A stretch of DNA of 63,594 bases, filler included, from Folioceros fuciformis (lineage: Eukaryota): NCBI GenBank assembly GCA_049999805.1. It is 11 parts of 11 records of this genome, joined end to end, with 100 filler letters (N's around TTAATTAATTAA, not from the genome) between each part and the next. Parts side by side here need not be neighbours in the genome. Positions count along the whole stretch, not along the records: positions 15,760 to 23,172 come from JBNGIO010002094.1; positions 23,273 to 40,940 come from JBNGIO010002095.1; 9 more parts are not named here. The stretch is one strand, 5' to 3'. Below are positions 21,662 to 34,935 of the stretch, piece after piece (position 1 is the first letter of the stretch; each line of letters opens with the position of its first letter). A program made the translations under genes and the position numbers. Under the pieces are notes generated by a model. It searched no databases. It worked only from the letters and a program-made list of their open reading frames with translations, and was not told where the DNA came from.

Positions 21662-23775
21662 GTTTCAAAATCGATGCAAATCAAGCAAAATGCTAGTTGG
21701 AAACTGTCGAAATGTAATGTAGATTTTGTTACCCTCGTTTGGATTCTTCTGTCCACAATTTAGGATGACACGTCAAGCCTAAATCCTCCGTTGAGATCCG
21801 ATTCCGCCTTGTGGCCGGGATCCCAACTAGCTTCCGTCCTTGCCCTCAACGTCGATGCTCCGACACTTGCAATCCAGTGCCCGGCATTAGCGACTCCCAC
21901 ATACAACGACACCCCGTGATTCGGCTTCGTAGCCTCCCTTGTTCGTGGGACTGGCGTCCGTCGGCCGCGACTGGCACCTGTCGACGCCGCTGCCATCCGC
22001 CGACCAGGACTGGCACTCGCCAGCCGGCCCGCGCCTTGGCGATGCCGCGCGCCACGCTGTCCGACTCCGAAGCCGGCAGCCGGGCCGGCGTCCTCGCGCC
22101 CGCCACGCTAGAGGGCATTATTTTATACGTTTTAGATACGTATTTAATATGTATCGATACGTATACAGTATATGCATTCCAGTATTTCTTTTCATTTGAT
22201 TTTCCTAATTTCCCCTTTTCTATTTCCACCCCTATTTTTCTGGATTTAATTCCAGAAATTCCAATTCAACTCTGTTTCACCTGCTTTCTTCTCCTCCTAG
22301 TTCGGGGCCTATTCCACCACCCCAGGGTCAGTCTTCCATGGCCGAGGAACCATTTTGGCTGGAAGCTGATTCCGCTGAATAAGCTACCACTTTCAGGCCA
22401 GGTTCCAACTGCTGATCCCATTGCTTCTTACCTCCTCTCTATCTTTCCCACTACTCATACTCCTCCCCTAGAGGCTGGCTCAGCCACCAAGGGTGAACAG
22501 TTGCAGGGGAAGACTTAGTGGGCGGCCATCCAGCAAGGAAGAGGCGGCGTCCGCAGATCTTTGAAGATCAGGCATCCTCCGAAGTCTCAGGATAGTCTAA
22601 GAGGTGGTAGATCCTTGTGGTGGTAGGGCCAGCTCATTGGTGGCAGGATGCGCTAGAAGTCTAAATAAGTGGCTCGTGACAGCCGGCTAGGCTAGTGGTC
22701 CCATTAAAATAACATTTGTCAAGTTAGAGAGAGATGAAGTCAAAGAGAGAGAGACTCCTATAAGATCAGGTGAGCCTGTAGAAGCAGGTAGTCATTCACT
22801 TTGGGAGTCAATCTGTCACTTCGTGAGCTCTTGGAGGTACTCTCTTCATGAGCTCTTATGGTCTGTCCCCGCTTCATTTAGGACCTGCAGTGTGTTGCCG
22901 GCTGTGCAACGTCTGGTAAGATCGCAAGCCACGTGTTGCCGATTGTACAGTGTCTGGTAGGATCACAAGGTGTAATGACCAGGGTGAAGGGGCTTGCCCC
23001 CAGCTCTTGATTGTAAAGGATGTGTCTTTCTCTCGACCTGTCCACTCTTGTTCCCTGTTTGGACAAGTGCTGTAGGCCGGCCATGTTTCATGGCGTCTGG
23101 TAAGGTTGTGGGGAGGAGATATCCGAGAGGGGAGTGTGTTCCCCTCTTTCTTTTCTTTGGGGTTAGTCTAGTNNNNNNNNNNNNNNNNNNNNNNNNNNNN
23201 NNNNNNNNNNNNNNNNTTAATTAATTAANNNNNNNNNNNNNNNNNNNNNNNNNNNNNNNNNNNNNNNNNNNNCTGTTCCGCCGTTCTCTGCTGTAAATGC
23301 CGTTGACGTAAGTCATGGTCATCGTTGCAGATCCACTCCTTCAGACACTGGAGTCGATTGAAGGTCTTAAACCTGTAGATACTCTTGGGTACCGTCATCT
23401 TGTTAGTGGAAAATTCTTGAACTGTAGGAGCTTAATCACTGGAAGAACCCCAAAATGTGAGGAGCTTAGACAGTGAAGGAGACTCAAAAGCGAGGGGCCT
23501 TCACATTATTTCACCTCGAGCTGTCTTCCGGAGTTCCGTTCGAGGCACAAGAACGCGAAGGGAGCTGCCTCCGGAGGTGAGAGTTGTATATAGTTATTTA
23601 AATAAATTTCCCAAAAAAAGATTTCTCAATCCAATGACAGGAGGACTTTACCAAATACAGATTCGTGGTGACCTATTGAGAAGATCAATTCCGGTGGGAG
23701 GTTGCCTGTTCTAAGATGGGAAACTGTCTAGCCTGCAGGGCAGGTGATTTTGGCACAGCTCAAACTCTAGATCTC

Positions 23776-25007
23776 CTAACGGGGCCTCAAGTCTCTCTGC
23801 AATGAAGGCAAAATGCCGGATTAGAAGGAAAAGATTTAAGCCACAGATGCTACGAATATTTGATGACAAAATAACTCACCCTTGGAACGTTCGCAGCCAC
23901 AGCAGTGTGATCGTCATCAGCGTTGTCAGTAGCGGATATTTCATTGTCCAGCTTGAAGTAAGTGTCCAACGACAACATCGAAAAGGGTCTGATTTGATTC
24001 ACTTCCATCGCCGAAAGGTTTTTCATCTGGCACAAGGAGCCCACAGTGGCCGCTTAGTAGAGAAGCACATTCATACTCCAAAGAGACGAATTTTGATTGA
24101 AGTGCCCATCACCCACCATCTTACTTTCACAGCATGTGTTGCACCAGACAGCTTGGGGAATCCATTGTCAATCTTATCCCGTCGAACATTTTGAACGTCC
24201 TCAACTTTGGTACGAACCTGCCGGGGTGGTATTGTTAGACAAGGGGTGAGTGGAGTGTGAAGACACCAGTATTGTATGCCTGGGCCATGTCTGTATAACC
24301 CACCTCGAAGGCTCTGTTCTGCAACTCCGTCTCACTGCAAGAAGCACCAAGGTGCAGCATCAGCAAAGCATTTGTGACAGCACTGGTGCAGGAAGGGTGG
24401 AAAACACCACACAACATACTTGACCAGAACAAGACGTGCCAACTCGATGTAGTGAAATGGGAGAGGCTGAAACTCCACCGGTGCTTCCTTTTCGGCATCT
24501 AGAGCTTGAGCAAGTTTCTCTGAGACCAGACCAGAAGAACACACTCGCTCAATGAGCAGGGCAGAGTGAAAGCAGAGAGAGTTGAGGGCATACCTGCAGA
24601 CATCCAGTCGGGGATTTGAATTCTGCATTTCCCACGTTTCTTCAATGCAATGCCGAGCCAAGCAGGAACTTTGATGGGAACCTGCGGAAGAAATGGACCG
24701 TAGTCTCCCTGTGGGAACACCCACCAAAGTTCGTTAACAATGTTGCCACTTTGCAGCCAAGTTCGAGGGAAGAACACACAGGCAAGCATAAACAGATGAG
24801 GTGTGGAGCATACGCAGATGAGGTGTAGCGTGTCCATACGGACGTTGGGCACGATCTCAACATTCTCTCCCTCAGCTAAGAACTCAACCTGCACAGAAGG
24901 CGAATGTGAGGAACTCGCACGCTTGCCAAAACCGTTTTCTGCACCTGGATCGCTCGTCCATGCCGACTTGCCTCAGCAGGTGTGAAAGGGCTTAACGTGG
25001 TGTCCAT
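23776..25007 (-). CDS. PSF2: DNA replication GINS complex subunit PSF2, multi-exon
   Basis: MDTTLSPFTPAE/VEFLAEGENVEIVPN, GDYGPFLPQVPIKVPAWLGIALKKRGKCRIQIPDWM, FQPLPFHYIELARL, VEDVQNVRRDKI, KNLSAMEVNQIRPF. The last short exon RDLRPR* is inferred. Confidence 0.93.
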
Positions 25008-25805
25008 CCTCCCCGCCGTTGCCGCTTCAGACCCCAGCCGGTGAGCTGCCGTGCTCGGGATTGTGTACCACCTCGGAACGTACCCAACAGAGTGCTGCTT
25101 CACCGTTGGGCCCGGTGCTTACGGACCCAGCCCTCTCATACTCCTTTCTCGCGCACACTGTGTTCCATTTGTCCTTCGCGATCGCAAATCCTGGGTTTTA
25201 AAGCTTCTGGCTCTGCGAAATTGCAGAGATACAAGTAAACAAGCCACGCGGCGCATGAAATGCGAAGAAACGGTATGTGGATCAAGGAGTGGAAGTGGTC
25301 AAATCGATTAGGAGCAGTGCGAGATGCCAGATGCGATTGTACGACTTGCACGCTATACAGTCTGCCCACCACGGTTGACAATCTTCTTCTTGGCCTTACC
25401 CGCGTGCAAGGCACACTGGAGGTCAAACAAGGCACCTATTGTGTCAGCAACGTTCTGAAAAATTGGACTCAATTGAGCAAGAGTCGAAGCAACTGTCGGA
25501 CGAGTAGACGAACCATGCCCCAGCTGTGTTCCCCGACACTGGAGCTCTATTAAACGGATGATTACAGACTGAGATTCGCTCCACGCAGCGAGGTCGGAGG
25601 AAACAACGGAACGGAGGGCGTCGTAGGACTATTCTGACCTGCCCAATGAGGCTGCTAGATATCGACAAAGCACGAGTTCTTGTCTTCCTACGGTTGCTCA
25701 ACATGTCGGATTCAAGACTTCCTAGACAGAAAATGGTTACAAAATTTCACAAGGAGGGTTGCTACATTTCATAAGTCCCGAGGACACAAACGTGACCTAA
25801 GCTCA

Positions 25806-25998
25806 TCATGCCCAAGCGGCACCACCCTTGCCCCTTCTTCTTTGAATCTTCTTCAAGTAGAACTCCAGCTCCTTGCTTTCCGAGATGTAGCCATTTGCAC
25901 GGCCACATTGTCCAGGCCAGGAGGAGATGGACGCAAGGAGACGCCCACCCGTGAATTGATCCTCCAAGTGAGAGTCAAGCGTGTGGCCCTCAACCTGT
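25806..25998 (-). pseudogene. RPS8: Orphan C-terminal fragment of 40S ribosomal protein S8 (eS8)
   Basis: [53 protein letters not shown] matches the eS8 C-terminus (..[22 protein letters not shown]..) with damaging substitutions. No upstream exons are visible. Confidence 0.85.
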
Positions 25999-26124
25999 CG
26001 CAGTTGCAAACTTGAACTAATACTCATCAATTTCTGAAGCAATTGTCAAAAGTTATCAATTTCTAGTTGAAGTTTGATGGAATATCAATACGGACACCAC
26101 CTTATAGTATAAGGTCCCATATTA

Positions 26125-28990
26125 TAGTTTAAGGTCCTATATTTTGAAGTTAATGGGCATGACCATATCAGTAGTGGGCAGCTACCAAGGCATCTTGATC
26201 CAGTCATCACCCAACATACAAGACTTTTTTTTTTCTCTTGCACCCAACGCAAACACTACATTTGTTCCCTCACACAATCTCGTTAAGGTTTTCAGGGTTC
26301 CAAGTCATGAGACTCAAATCAGCATGCTCTCTATCTCCTCCTTCACCCAAACCCAAGCCATTCTCCCTTGAGAGAAGGGTTGTGGCCAGCCATGTCTATC
26401 TCCCTCCATGCAACGATCGTCATGCAACACCTTCGGCTACAAAAAGGTAGGGGACATGGAACCATACAGTATGGGAATGAAAGCATACAATGTTTATTCC
26501 AAGGCTCTGAGGGCTACATGTTCCAACAACTGATCACAAGCAAAATAATAAACTCCATGGGCTTTTACAGGAAGACCCCACACTACTGCAAAGACCGGAG
26601 AATCAATGGGGATTGTAGATTTGCAAGAATAGCAATGACATTGCAGTAAAGTTCGGGTCCTCTAACATGGAACGTGAGCCAAGAATGCAAGCATCTACTT
26701 AGCATCTTTTAGACTTAGGAGAAAAGCTAGCATGGTTGTGTGTGCAGTATGGTGTGGGTTGCAACCACTGCACACACCCATGCCCCTGTCCAACCTTATC
26801 ACAAAGAATGAAATAGAGGAGCTTGATAGGGGGAAGACTACGTAGTTGTTTTGGTAGATTCAGCATACCTAGAAGACCATGAGGAACCATGATGAGCACC
26901 GAACCAAGCACATGTGTTATGTAAGGCAAATTAGCCTTTGTTAGTGACGCAAGCAACCCTGAGTACCCATTCTTGGACTATGGCCCTAAGTCTAAGATTG
27001 AAGAGAATTACACATCCTTCTGCAAGCTAAGCGCATGCCCTTGCTTCCAACATCACCCTAAATCTTGAGAGAAGGGTGAGGAATTGCAGACCAAGACCTG
27101 AAGGCCTCTCATGCCTAGTTCCTCCGTTGTGCTTATTGTGTTACTGCATAAGGTAGGTACAAAGGGTGCACCATAAACCATCCTACGCTGCCCTAAACCA
27201 GGTACGAAGGGTGCACCATAAACCATCCTCCGCTGCCCTAAACCATCCTCCGCTTTGCTTGCGGTGTTGTTGCCCTCACCCTAAACCATCCATCCTTGCA
27301 TGGATGGAAAGAATACTCGAGCATAGGACGTAGAGGGCAAACTCGAGCATAGGACGTAGAGGGCAAACTCGAGCACAGCACGCAGAGGGCAAACTCGAGC
27401 ACATGATGTAGGTGTTGCCCTCTACGTGCTGAGCTATAGAATGAAGTGTGGAAGAATGATGGTATGAAGTCCAAGGCATGATGGGGGTAGAAAAAATATA
27501 GGATGAAGCTTATGCATGAAGAAGAAAGAAAGGTATGGACCAGAAAAGATAGTGAATAGAGAAGAAAAAAGTTCAAACCTAGAGAAGATTCTTCTCGATC
27601 CTTGATCAGTCCACTGCAATGATAATGACAAAAGAAAAAACCCCCCTCCTGTATGGTACCTCGTAATGTGACGTGGAGCCCTAAAATCTGTATGTTTGTG
27701 GAAGATGACGTAGAATATTTCAGTATAACATATAGTTAGAACATATGCCCGTATCGCATATCGGTATTCCATAGTTTGCCAATGATGCTTAAAATATGCT
27801 AAGTTTTGTGATCTTTTGTTAGATGTTAATTTACAACACTTGCTATAGATCCAACAGAAAGACCAAGTGGATAAACAATGAGAGAACTCGATATCAAACT
27901 ATGGAATACCAATACAGACAATACCAATACAGACATACGATCCTTCATTAGGTTTTTTTTTTTCAATCGTATGTTTACGTGAATAGTTTGGGGCATCTTC
28001 GATGTACATACAGATTTTAGGGCTCTGAAGTTTATCATTGTCACTTGAGTGAAACCCAAAAGAATCTTCTTTGGGTTTGTACTTTCTTTCTTCTCCATTC
28101 ACAATGTTCATAAGCTTCATCCTCTTGTTTTTTTGCACCTCTTTAGAACGCGATTCTTCCACACTTCAGTAGACTGTCATTCTTCCATAGGAGAGGGTGG
28201 TGCCTACACCATCTCCTAGGGTATTCTTTCGATCCCTACACAAGGGATGGATGGATTAGGGTGAAGGTGCACCCTTTGTACCTTCCTTTTGTAGTAACAC
28301 TGGAAGTGCAGTGGAGGAATGGGTATTGATTTGCACTTGCTCATCCTTGTTTGAGGATCTTAGGGTTTTGTAGCATGGAAAGGCACGCAGTGCCCACAAA
28401 CGATTCGCAATTCTAGATACCTATCAACATGACCCTATTCTAGATTCGCAATTCAATCTCACACTTCGGGCCTCAGTCTAAGAACACATACATAGAGTTG
28501 TGTATGCTACTAACAGAGGCTGCATTGGCTTACATTACACATGTCCTAGGTTGGGTGCTCATCACAGTGCCACAAGTTCCCGTAGGTATACTGAATTTGC
28601 CAAAACGGCCCTTCTCTCTACCCACAATCAAACCTTCTTGCTTTCATTCCTTCTCATCAAGTTGCACAGGGCTATGGGTGTGTGCAATGGCTGCAACCCA
28701 CACCATACTGCACTGTCAACCATGCTAGCTTCCCTCTTAAGTCTCTAAGAACCTCATGCACTTGCCTGCATTCTCACCTTACATTCCATGTTTCAAGACC
28801 CCATCTTCATTGCAATGTGCATACTGCCTTCTATGTGATGCCCGTAACCTTGAAACCTTCACGAGTTTATGTGCGATAGGTGAGAGAAGAAAAAAAAATC
28901 TCTGTTAGTTGATTGGCTAGATCAGGATGGCTGGATCAGGATGCCCCAAAAGCCGTGCACTACTTCAAAATATGGGACCGTATACGTATA
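26125..28990. repeat. ~2.9-kb imperfect inverted repeat (foldback-like structure)
   Basis: Collinear inverted matches: 26132/28975 (ggtcc.atattttgaagt), 26725/28725 (aagctagcatggttg...gcagtatggtgtgggttgca), 27160/28275 (gtacaaagggtgcacc), 27501/28118 (ggatgaagcttatg), 27677/28020 (gagccctaaaatctgtatgt), 27763/27905 (ggtattccatagttt). Loop about 115 bp. Confidence 0.8.
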
Positions 28991-29373
28991 GGTATTTCAT
29001 ATCGAACATAATCATATTTCTTACAAACCAAAATAGTTCATAGTTATAATATTGAGGTGCGATCAATGATTGTGAGGCGGCACTGACACTTTATATCAGG
29101 GTTAGGTCATTGAGGTGAGGAAGGATGAATATTTATTTATATTAGAGATTATATGGAGCTTTTTACATATTTTATTAATCAATAACAAGTCAGTAACACC
29201 CAAAAGGTACGAAACGAGTATCGTAAGTTGTGTGACCAAAGAAAATAATTATTAGCTGCGTTCTGGTTAAGAGCTAGCTGGCTACCTCTCTTCTCTGCTC
29301 CTCTTTTATGTGTGAATCGATACAGTGTGTCCTTGTTACTTGTTGGGCATGTAGTCGAGGGCGGCCATCGCTA

Positions 29374-32146
29374 ATGGAGAAATCGGCTGCGGGTCAGTAC
29401 TTGCCTCTGCAGGTGCTGGAACCGCCGGCGCCTCGCAATCCGGCGGTGCGTGACTCAAGGTTTTGGAAATCTTTCAAGACTGTGTCGACTTCACAACATA
29501 TTGCAGGGATATCCCACATAGACTTCTGTCATGTGGCTCCCTATGACTTCGCAGTCACGTCGTCTACTCGCGTATGCATCGTTCTCCTTCGGCCTGCCAC
29601 TTATGTGGTCTGAGCTCGGTCATGGAGTTGGAGACTGAGGTTGCTTCTGTCCACAGGTCGTAGTGTACAATGGAGAGACGGCGCAAGAAAAGAAAACCTT
29701 TGGTCGATTTACCGATGTGGTATGGCAATTCTCCATTGCTGATTCTTCCGTGTTTGGTGGTGTGAATGAGTTGAGCATCCTTGAGGAAATCGTGAAGAAG
29801 TTTTGTGTTTCATGGTACAGGCTTATTCTGGTAGCTTTAGGTCTGATGGACAACTACTCGTGGCGGGGGGTGAGCTTGGGTTGGTCCAGGTGAGCGTAGG
29901 TGGAAGAACTGTTGGTGTATTGTTTCTTGTGTCCCAAGGACTTTCAAGCTCATTTTTTTGCCTTTGTGATACGCAGGTTTTTGATGCTAGTAGTCGGACG
30001 ATTCTGCGTCAGTTTAAGGGCCATTCAAGGTTTGTGCGGTGAAAATGTGTTGGATACTGTCTAGACTTGCGAACATCCGGTGACCAAGGTTTGTTTATTA
30101 CGCAGGGCTGTCCACTGGGTGCGCTTTTCACCCCTGGAGAAGCTTCATGTTCTGTCAGCTAGTGATGATCGCACCGTGCGGTGGTGGGATGTGGCAACAC
30201 AGGCAAGGCGGGCCGTATGAATTACGTATGGCGTGCATGTGCCTACTAGAGGGCCATTCTCCTGACAGAATCATCCAGTGAAAGCGAGTCAAATTTTTGC
30301 TGAGTTGAGCGTGGTCTTGTTGCAGGAAGCGCTCTTGAAATTTGAGGAGCACACAGATTATGTGCGATGCGGTACTGCTAGTCCTATAAGTGCTGATCTA
30401 TGGTATGTGGACCAGAGACGTCAGGCCACTTGACTGTCAGTGGTTAATTCTTCATGGTCTTGGTCATGTACTAAATCCTATTCCACAGGGCAACAGGTTC
30501 CTATGATCACACAGTCAGATTGTGGGACTTGCGCTCGGCTAAAAGCTCTCTGCAGATCCAGGTCAGATTTGTCCACTCAAGGAGGTGTGGTAGTTGCTCT
30601 CTTTGTTACTGCTGTTGGTTCACTCCTCTAACCTTCTGTAATCGTGACTTTGAACAGCATGGAAAACCTGTAGAAGATGTGCTCTTTTTCCCTTCTGGTG
30701 GACTGCTGGCAACGGCTGGTAATGGCTGTTGTCGAAACCAGCTTTTGACTATTAGCGTCCTTGAACGCTTCAACTGACGCATAGTGGATCTTGTTCGCAG
30801 GAGGAAATGAAGTGAAGATTTGGGATATTATTGCAGGTGGAAGGTTGCTGCATGTGCTCGGCAGTCACCAGAAGACCGTGTCATCACTAGTCATAACGCC
30901 GCCTCTTAAATGTGGATCTACCTCAGCTCCAGCTGCCCCTCGATTGCTCACATCCTCATTGGATGGGCATGTCAAGGTCTTCGATCTGGACAACTTCAAG
31001 GTGAGATATCAAATTTCTAGATACCTGTCACTTTACTGTGGCAGCCCCACGTGTTTCCTTCCTATCTGGTGCATGGGGAATGATCGGAGCAATCTCTTGC
31101 AGGTTGCACATTCAGCTCTCTATCCACACCCGATACTCTCCCTAAACATTTCCCCAGCTGGCACAACATTAGCTGCTGGCATGTCGTCTGGAACTCTTCA
31201 TGTCCGACAAAGAAAGCAGTCTAAAGAACTGGTGCCCTCTGATGAGGGTCTGTTAAGTGGACCGATGGGGCCCAGGAGGAAAAGAGCTTTGAATCCAAGC
31301 AACTACAGATATTTCATACGTGGTTATTCCGAGAGGGCGTCTGTAAGTGGTCTGTGCCTGCCTTTGATGATCTCCTTCTCTTGTGAGACAGCAGCCTCGG
31401 ATATTGTCTCACACAGTTCAGCAATCCAGGATGAAGATTACTATGTTCCCAAGGAGAAACGACCACATCTGGCTGAGCATGACCGATTCTTACGGCAGTT
31501 TCAGTACAAGGAAGCGCTGAACGCTGCTCTCCACTCCGCTGAGCCTAGGGTATGTCACTCTTGGTGGATTGGTCATGTCTCAGCAAGAACCCTTTCTATA
31601 TCCTCTTGTCAGATGTGGAGGCTAATGTGCAGTCTCCTCCTCTGCAGGTAGTTGTTGCTGTAATGGAGGAACTGGTAGCTCGGACTGGTCTGATATCGGC
31701 CCTTTCTGACCGTGACTCGCTTGGTCTTGCATTGCTCCTCTCATTTCTCGTCAAGTAAGTAAGAAGTTATCCCGATCTCGTCCATTACTGATAGCGGACC
31801 TTCATTTGAGTTGGTGCTCATGGATGCTTTGCAGGTACGTCACTGTACCAAGATACTCCAAACTGCTGGTACCTGTTGCTCAGAGAGTAATTGATATCTA
31901 TGGGAATGTGTTCGGGCAGTCATCATCGATCAGACATCTAGTACGCTTCTGTGCTGAATTCGCCTTACACTGATGGGATTCTCATAGAACTGCAGCGAGG
32001 GGACATGTGTCTTACCTTCAAAATTTTCTGCCTTGCAGATGGAGGTGCTGAAAGAAAACGTGAAGGTGGAGGTTCGTTTCCAAGAGTCGCTACTAGAGTT
32101 ACAGGGGATGGTCCAAACTTTAATTCAGGCTTCGGTACACGTTTAA
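29374..32146 (+). CDS. UTP15: U3 snoRNA-associated WD40 protein UTP15 (SLOW WALKER1), multi-exon
   Basis: FWKSFK, APYDFAVTSSTR, AYSGSFRSDGQLLVAGG, ILRQFKGH, HTDYVRCG, ATGSYDHTVRLWDLR, HGKPVEDVLFFPSGGL, LGSHQKTV, NYRYFIRG, LAEHDRFLRQFQYKEAL, VVAVMEELVAR; stop TAA 32144-32146. Confidence 0.95.
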
Positions 32147-32208
32147 GTCAGGCGTCGGTAAACATTTTAATTCAGGCATCGGTAAACATTTTAATTCAGG
32201 CATCGGTG
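32119..32208 (+). repeat. 24-bp tandem repeat spanning the UTP15 stop codon
   Basis: tttaattcaggc.tcggta.ac. repeated about 3.7 times; the first copy is coding. Confidence 0.85.
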
Positions 32209-32728
32209 CTAGGCTGCATTCGGCTGACCTCAACTTCTCACTAACCACAGTCTGCAGAGTTCTATACTTCCCCCAATTGTGGTGGAGGATGATAACCGTA
32301 GGTACAGTTCTGTAACTTTGGAGCTGTAGCTGTTCCCCACGTGCCAATGACACATGTGTCTAGTATGAATTGAACAGTAGTTTTCAGTTTTCTTTGTTTA
32401 AAAAATGTCATGAACATGTAAGTAACGGCCCCTTTCTTACGCAGCGTCTATTCACTCCACAGCGTTTCATTTACAAATCACTGGCTTCCTAGACGACTCA
32501 GTCTCCAAGTAGCCCGCCGTACACTCCACTTGCAAAGCGATTCCACCTCTTCTAGGTGGAAAGTTCCACCTCCTCTAAATTTTCCACCTGTTGTAGGTGC
32601 TGCTCTTTATTCCAGATGCTACTGATATTTACAAAAGAATCTGGCAATCTACGACCCTCTGGCTACTGCCCTAGACTCAATCTGACACAGCTATGCTTCA
32701 AGGCTAGATTTATCATTGTCTGTCTTTC

Positions 32729-32862
32729 TCAAGACCCTAGCACTGGCGTATATGTCCTCAAGACCCTAACACTGGCGTATATATCCTCAAGACCCTAACA
32801 CTGGCGTATATGTCTTCAAGACCTAACACTGGCGTATATGTCCTCAAGACCCTAACACTGGC
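32729..32862. repeat. 29-bp minisatellite (~4.6 copies)
   Basis: tcaagaccctaacactggcgtatatgtcc head-to-tail with no spacers. Confidence 0.9.
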
Positions 32863-33159
32863 CTATTTTTACTCCACAACTAAGCCACTGCTAAAATTTT
32901 GCCTTGGAAAAAAGGCAAAAGGCAAGCAAGAAGCAAGTATTGCAAGCAAGAAGCATGCTACTTCATCAAGACAGCTCTAGATTTAATTTTCACCTTTTAA
33001 TTTTTAACTTTCACCTTATTTTATTTATACTATTACTATATATGTAGACATATAATACAACTATAATGAAAGGGCAAGCATTCATCCAAAAAAACGGGAT
33101 GAGCTCACCAAAACAAAAACCTTGCCACTTGGTTACTCGTCGTCTGACTCATCGTTTGA

Positions 33160-34672
33160 CTATTGCTTCTCGTCATCTGTCTCACTTATGTGGGCATCCT
33201 CATTTGGCACGAGTGGCTCCAATTTCTTCCTCTCCAGGGCCTCTATCAACGAAAGTAGAGCATTTTCCACCCGACGGTTTTTCATGAGGTGCTCACTCAC
33301 ATCAGCTGGAGTCATGCGAGATCCGTCGAAAGCCTTCTCCAGCTTGCCATAAAGCTCGTGGTGATCGATGTATAAGTAATTTGAGGCTAGTACCTTGAAC
33401 GCAGGGAATGAGCAGTAGGACAGGTGGATTTTCATGTCCATTCGGCCAGTCCGCAGCAGAGCTGGATCGAGTTTGTCCATGTGGTTTGTTGTGAAGATGA
33501 CGATCCTTTCCGAGCCACAGCAGGACCAGATGCCGTCGGTGAAGTTAAGAAGCCCTGACAAAGTAACACCCTTCCTTCCCCCCTCCGATGTAGATTTATT
33601 TTTCCCACTCTCCTCTTTCTCCGTTGTCGCATCAGCTGTCTGGGCCCGGTTGTCAAGAGGGATGGTGCAGTCGATGTCCTCAATAACAATAATCGATCTA
33701 CTGGTTGTTTGGAGTAGCAGCTTCCTCAGCTCCGCATTGTCTGCGACGGCTGTCAACTCCAAGTCGTATATGTCGTAGTTCATGAAGTTGGCCATGGCAG
33801 CGATCATGCTCGACTTGCCAGTTCCAGGAGGGCCATAGAGCAGGTACCCCCTCTTCCAAGCCCGACCAACTTTATTGTAGAAATTCTCGGATTCAGCAAA
33901 GGCTGTCAGGTCGTCGACAATTCTTTTCTTCAAATCCGGGTCGATGGCCAGAGTCTCGAAAGTTGATGGATGATGAAATGCAACGCCGGCCCATTGTTTG
34001 GAGCTGGAGATATACTTGGACGCATTAGTATAGAGCTTCCGTTCTCGCTTAGCAGCCTTGACCTTCCTTGCGTTCTTCATCACATGGTCCATGTAGGCGT
34101 TCAGGACCTGCCCCAAACCATCAAGTACGTACATACAGGTCAGTAGCTGAAGTGTAACAGGAGCAATGTCCAGCTTTTACCCTACCAATCCATAGCCATA
34201 AATAGCCCACCTCGTCCCTTTTTGCCTTGTGGATCTTGAGGTTGAAAGAACGGTGTGCCAGCACCCGGTCCAGAATTTCACCGTTCCTGGGTGGGGGTTG
34301 GTACTCCTTGTACTTCCAATAAACTGAGTGTCCTTGGAAACAGTCCTTAATCCAGCCATCGCCGGAACTAACAATGTAGCTGACCTTGGAGGATCCCTTT
34401 TCCCTCAGCAACGAGGCTCTGTTTGCCTTAGGCGCTGTGGTTGCACCAAGGTGCGTTTGCACAGCATCGAATAGCTCGTTGGCAATGTGTCCAGAAGAGG
34501 TCTCTGGAATCTTGTAGTAGCAGTACCTGTTGAACCTGTTCAGCAGTGGTTCCACCCACTTAGCCAACATGTCCCGACACTCCTGCGGAACGAACTGACG
34601 CAGAAAGGACAGGAAGAGCAGCATGGCCGTTGCATTTGCCCCGACCTGCAGCATGTTGACAGCCTCCAGCAT
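33160..34672 (-). CDS. BCS1-like plant AAA-ATPase, 2 exons
   Basis: N-terminal AAA_assoc-like region; HPSTFETLA, RAWKRGYLLYGPPGTGKSS (Walker A), IIVIEDIDC (Walker B), TLSGLLNFTDG, FTTNH..LDPALLRTGRMD. Intron about 34109-34211. Confidence 0.95.
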
Positions 34673-34935
34673 GCCACGCACACCCTTTCTCCGAGGAATG
34701 CCCCCCCCTGCTGATCAAGAGCCAAAAACTAGGTGGTTCCAGATCGGGAAACATCAGAACGAAGGCCATCCAAATGGCATGAGTTTACCACCCTTGGCAG
34801 GGGAGGATCCATCTTGAGACGCCATAGCTCTCGTTAGTCAACCTCCTTAGTCTGGAGCTTGCGAGGAGCGCACAAGCTGCCGGTTCCCAAGAGAGACCCC
34901 GGCTTTATTGGGAAGTTGTATCTGGGCGGGGCCGC

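Noticed and set aside
21811-23172. 235-aa ORF and LTR-like sequence upstream of the Copia gag
   Set aside because: Compositionally chimeric, and I could not identify a PBS or LTR boundaries
32729-32862. CRISPR-like 29-bp repeats
   Set aside because: Head-to-tail with no unique spacers, no cas genes, eukaryotic context
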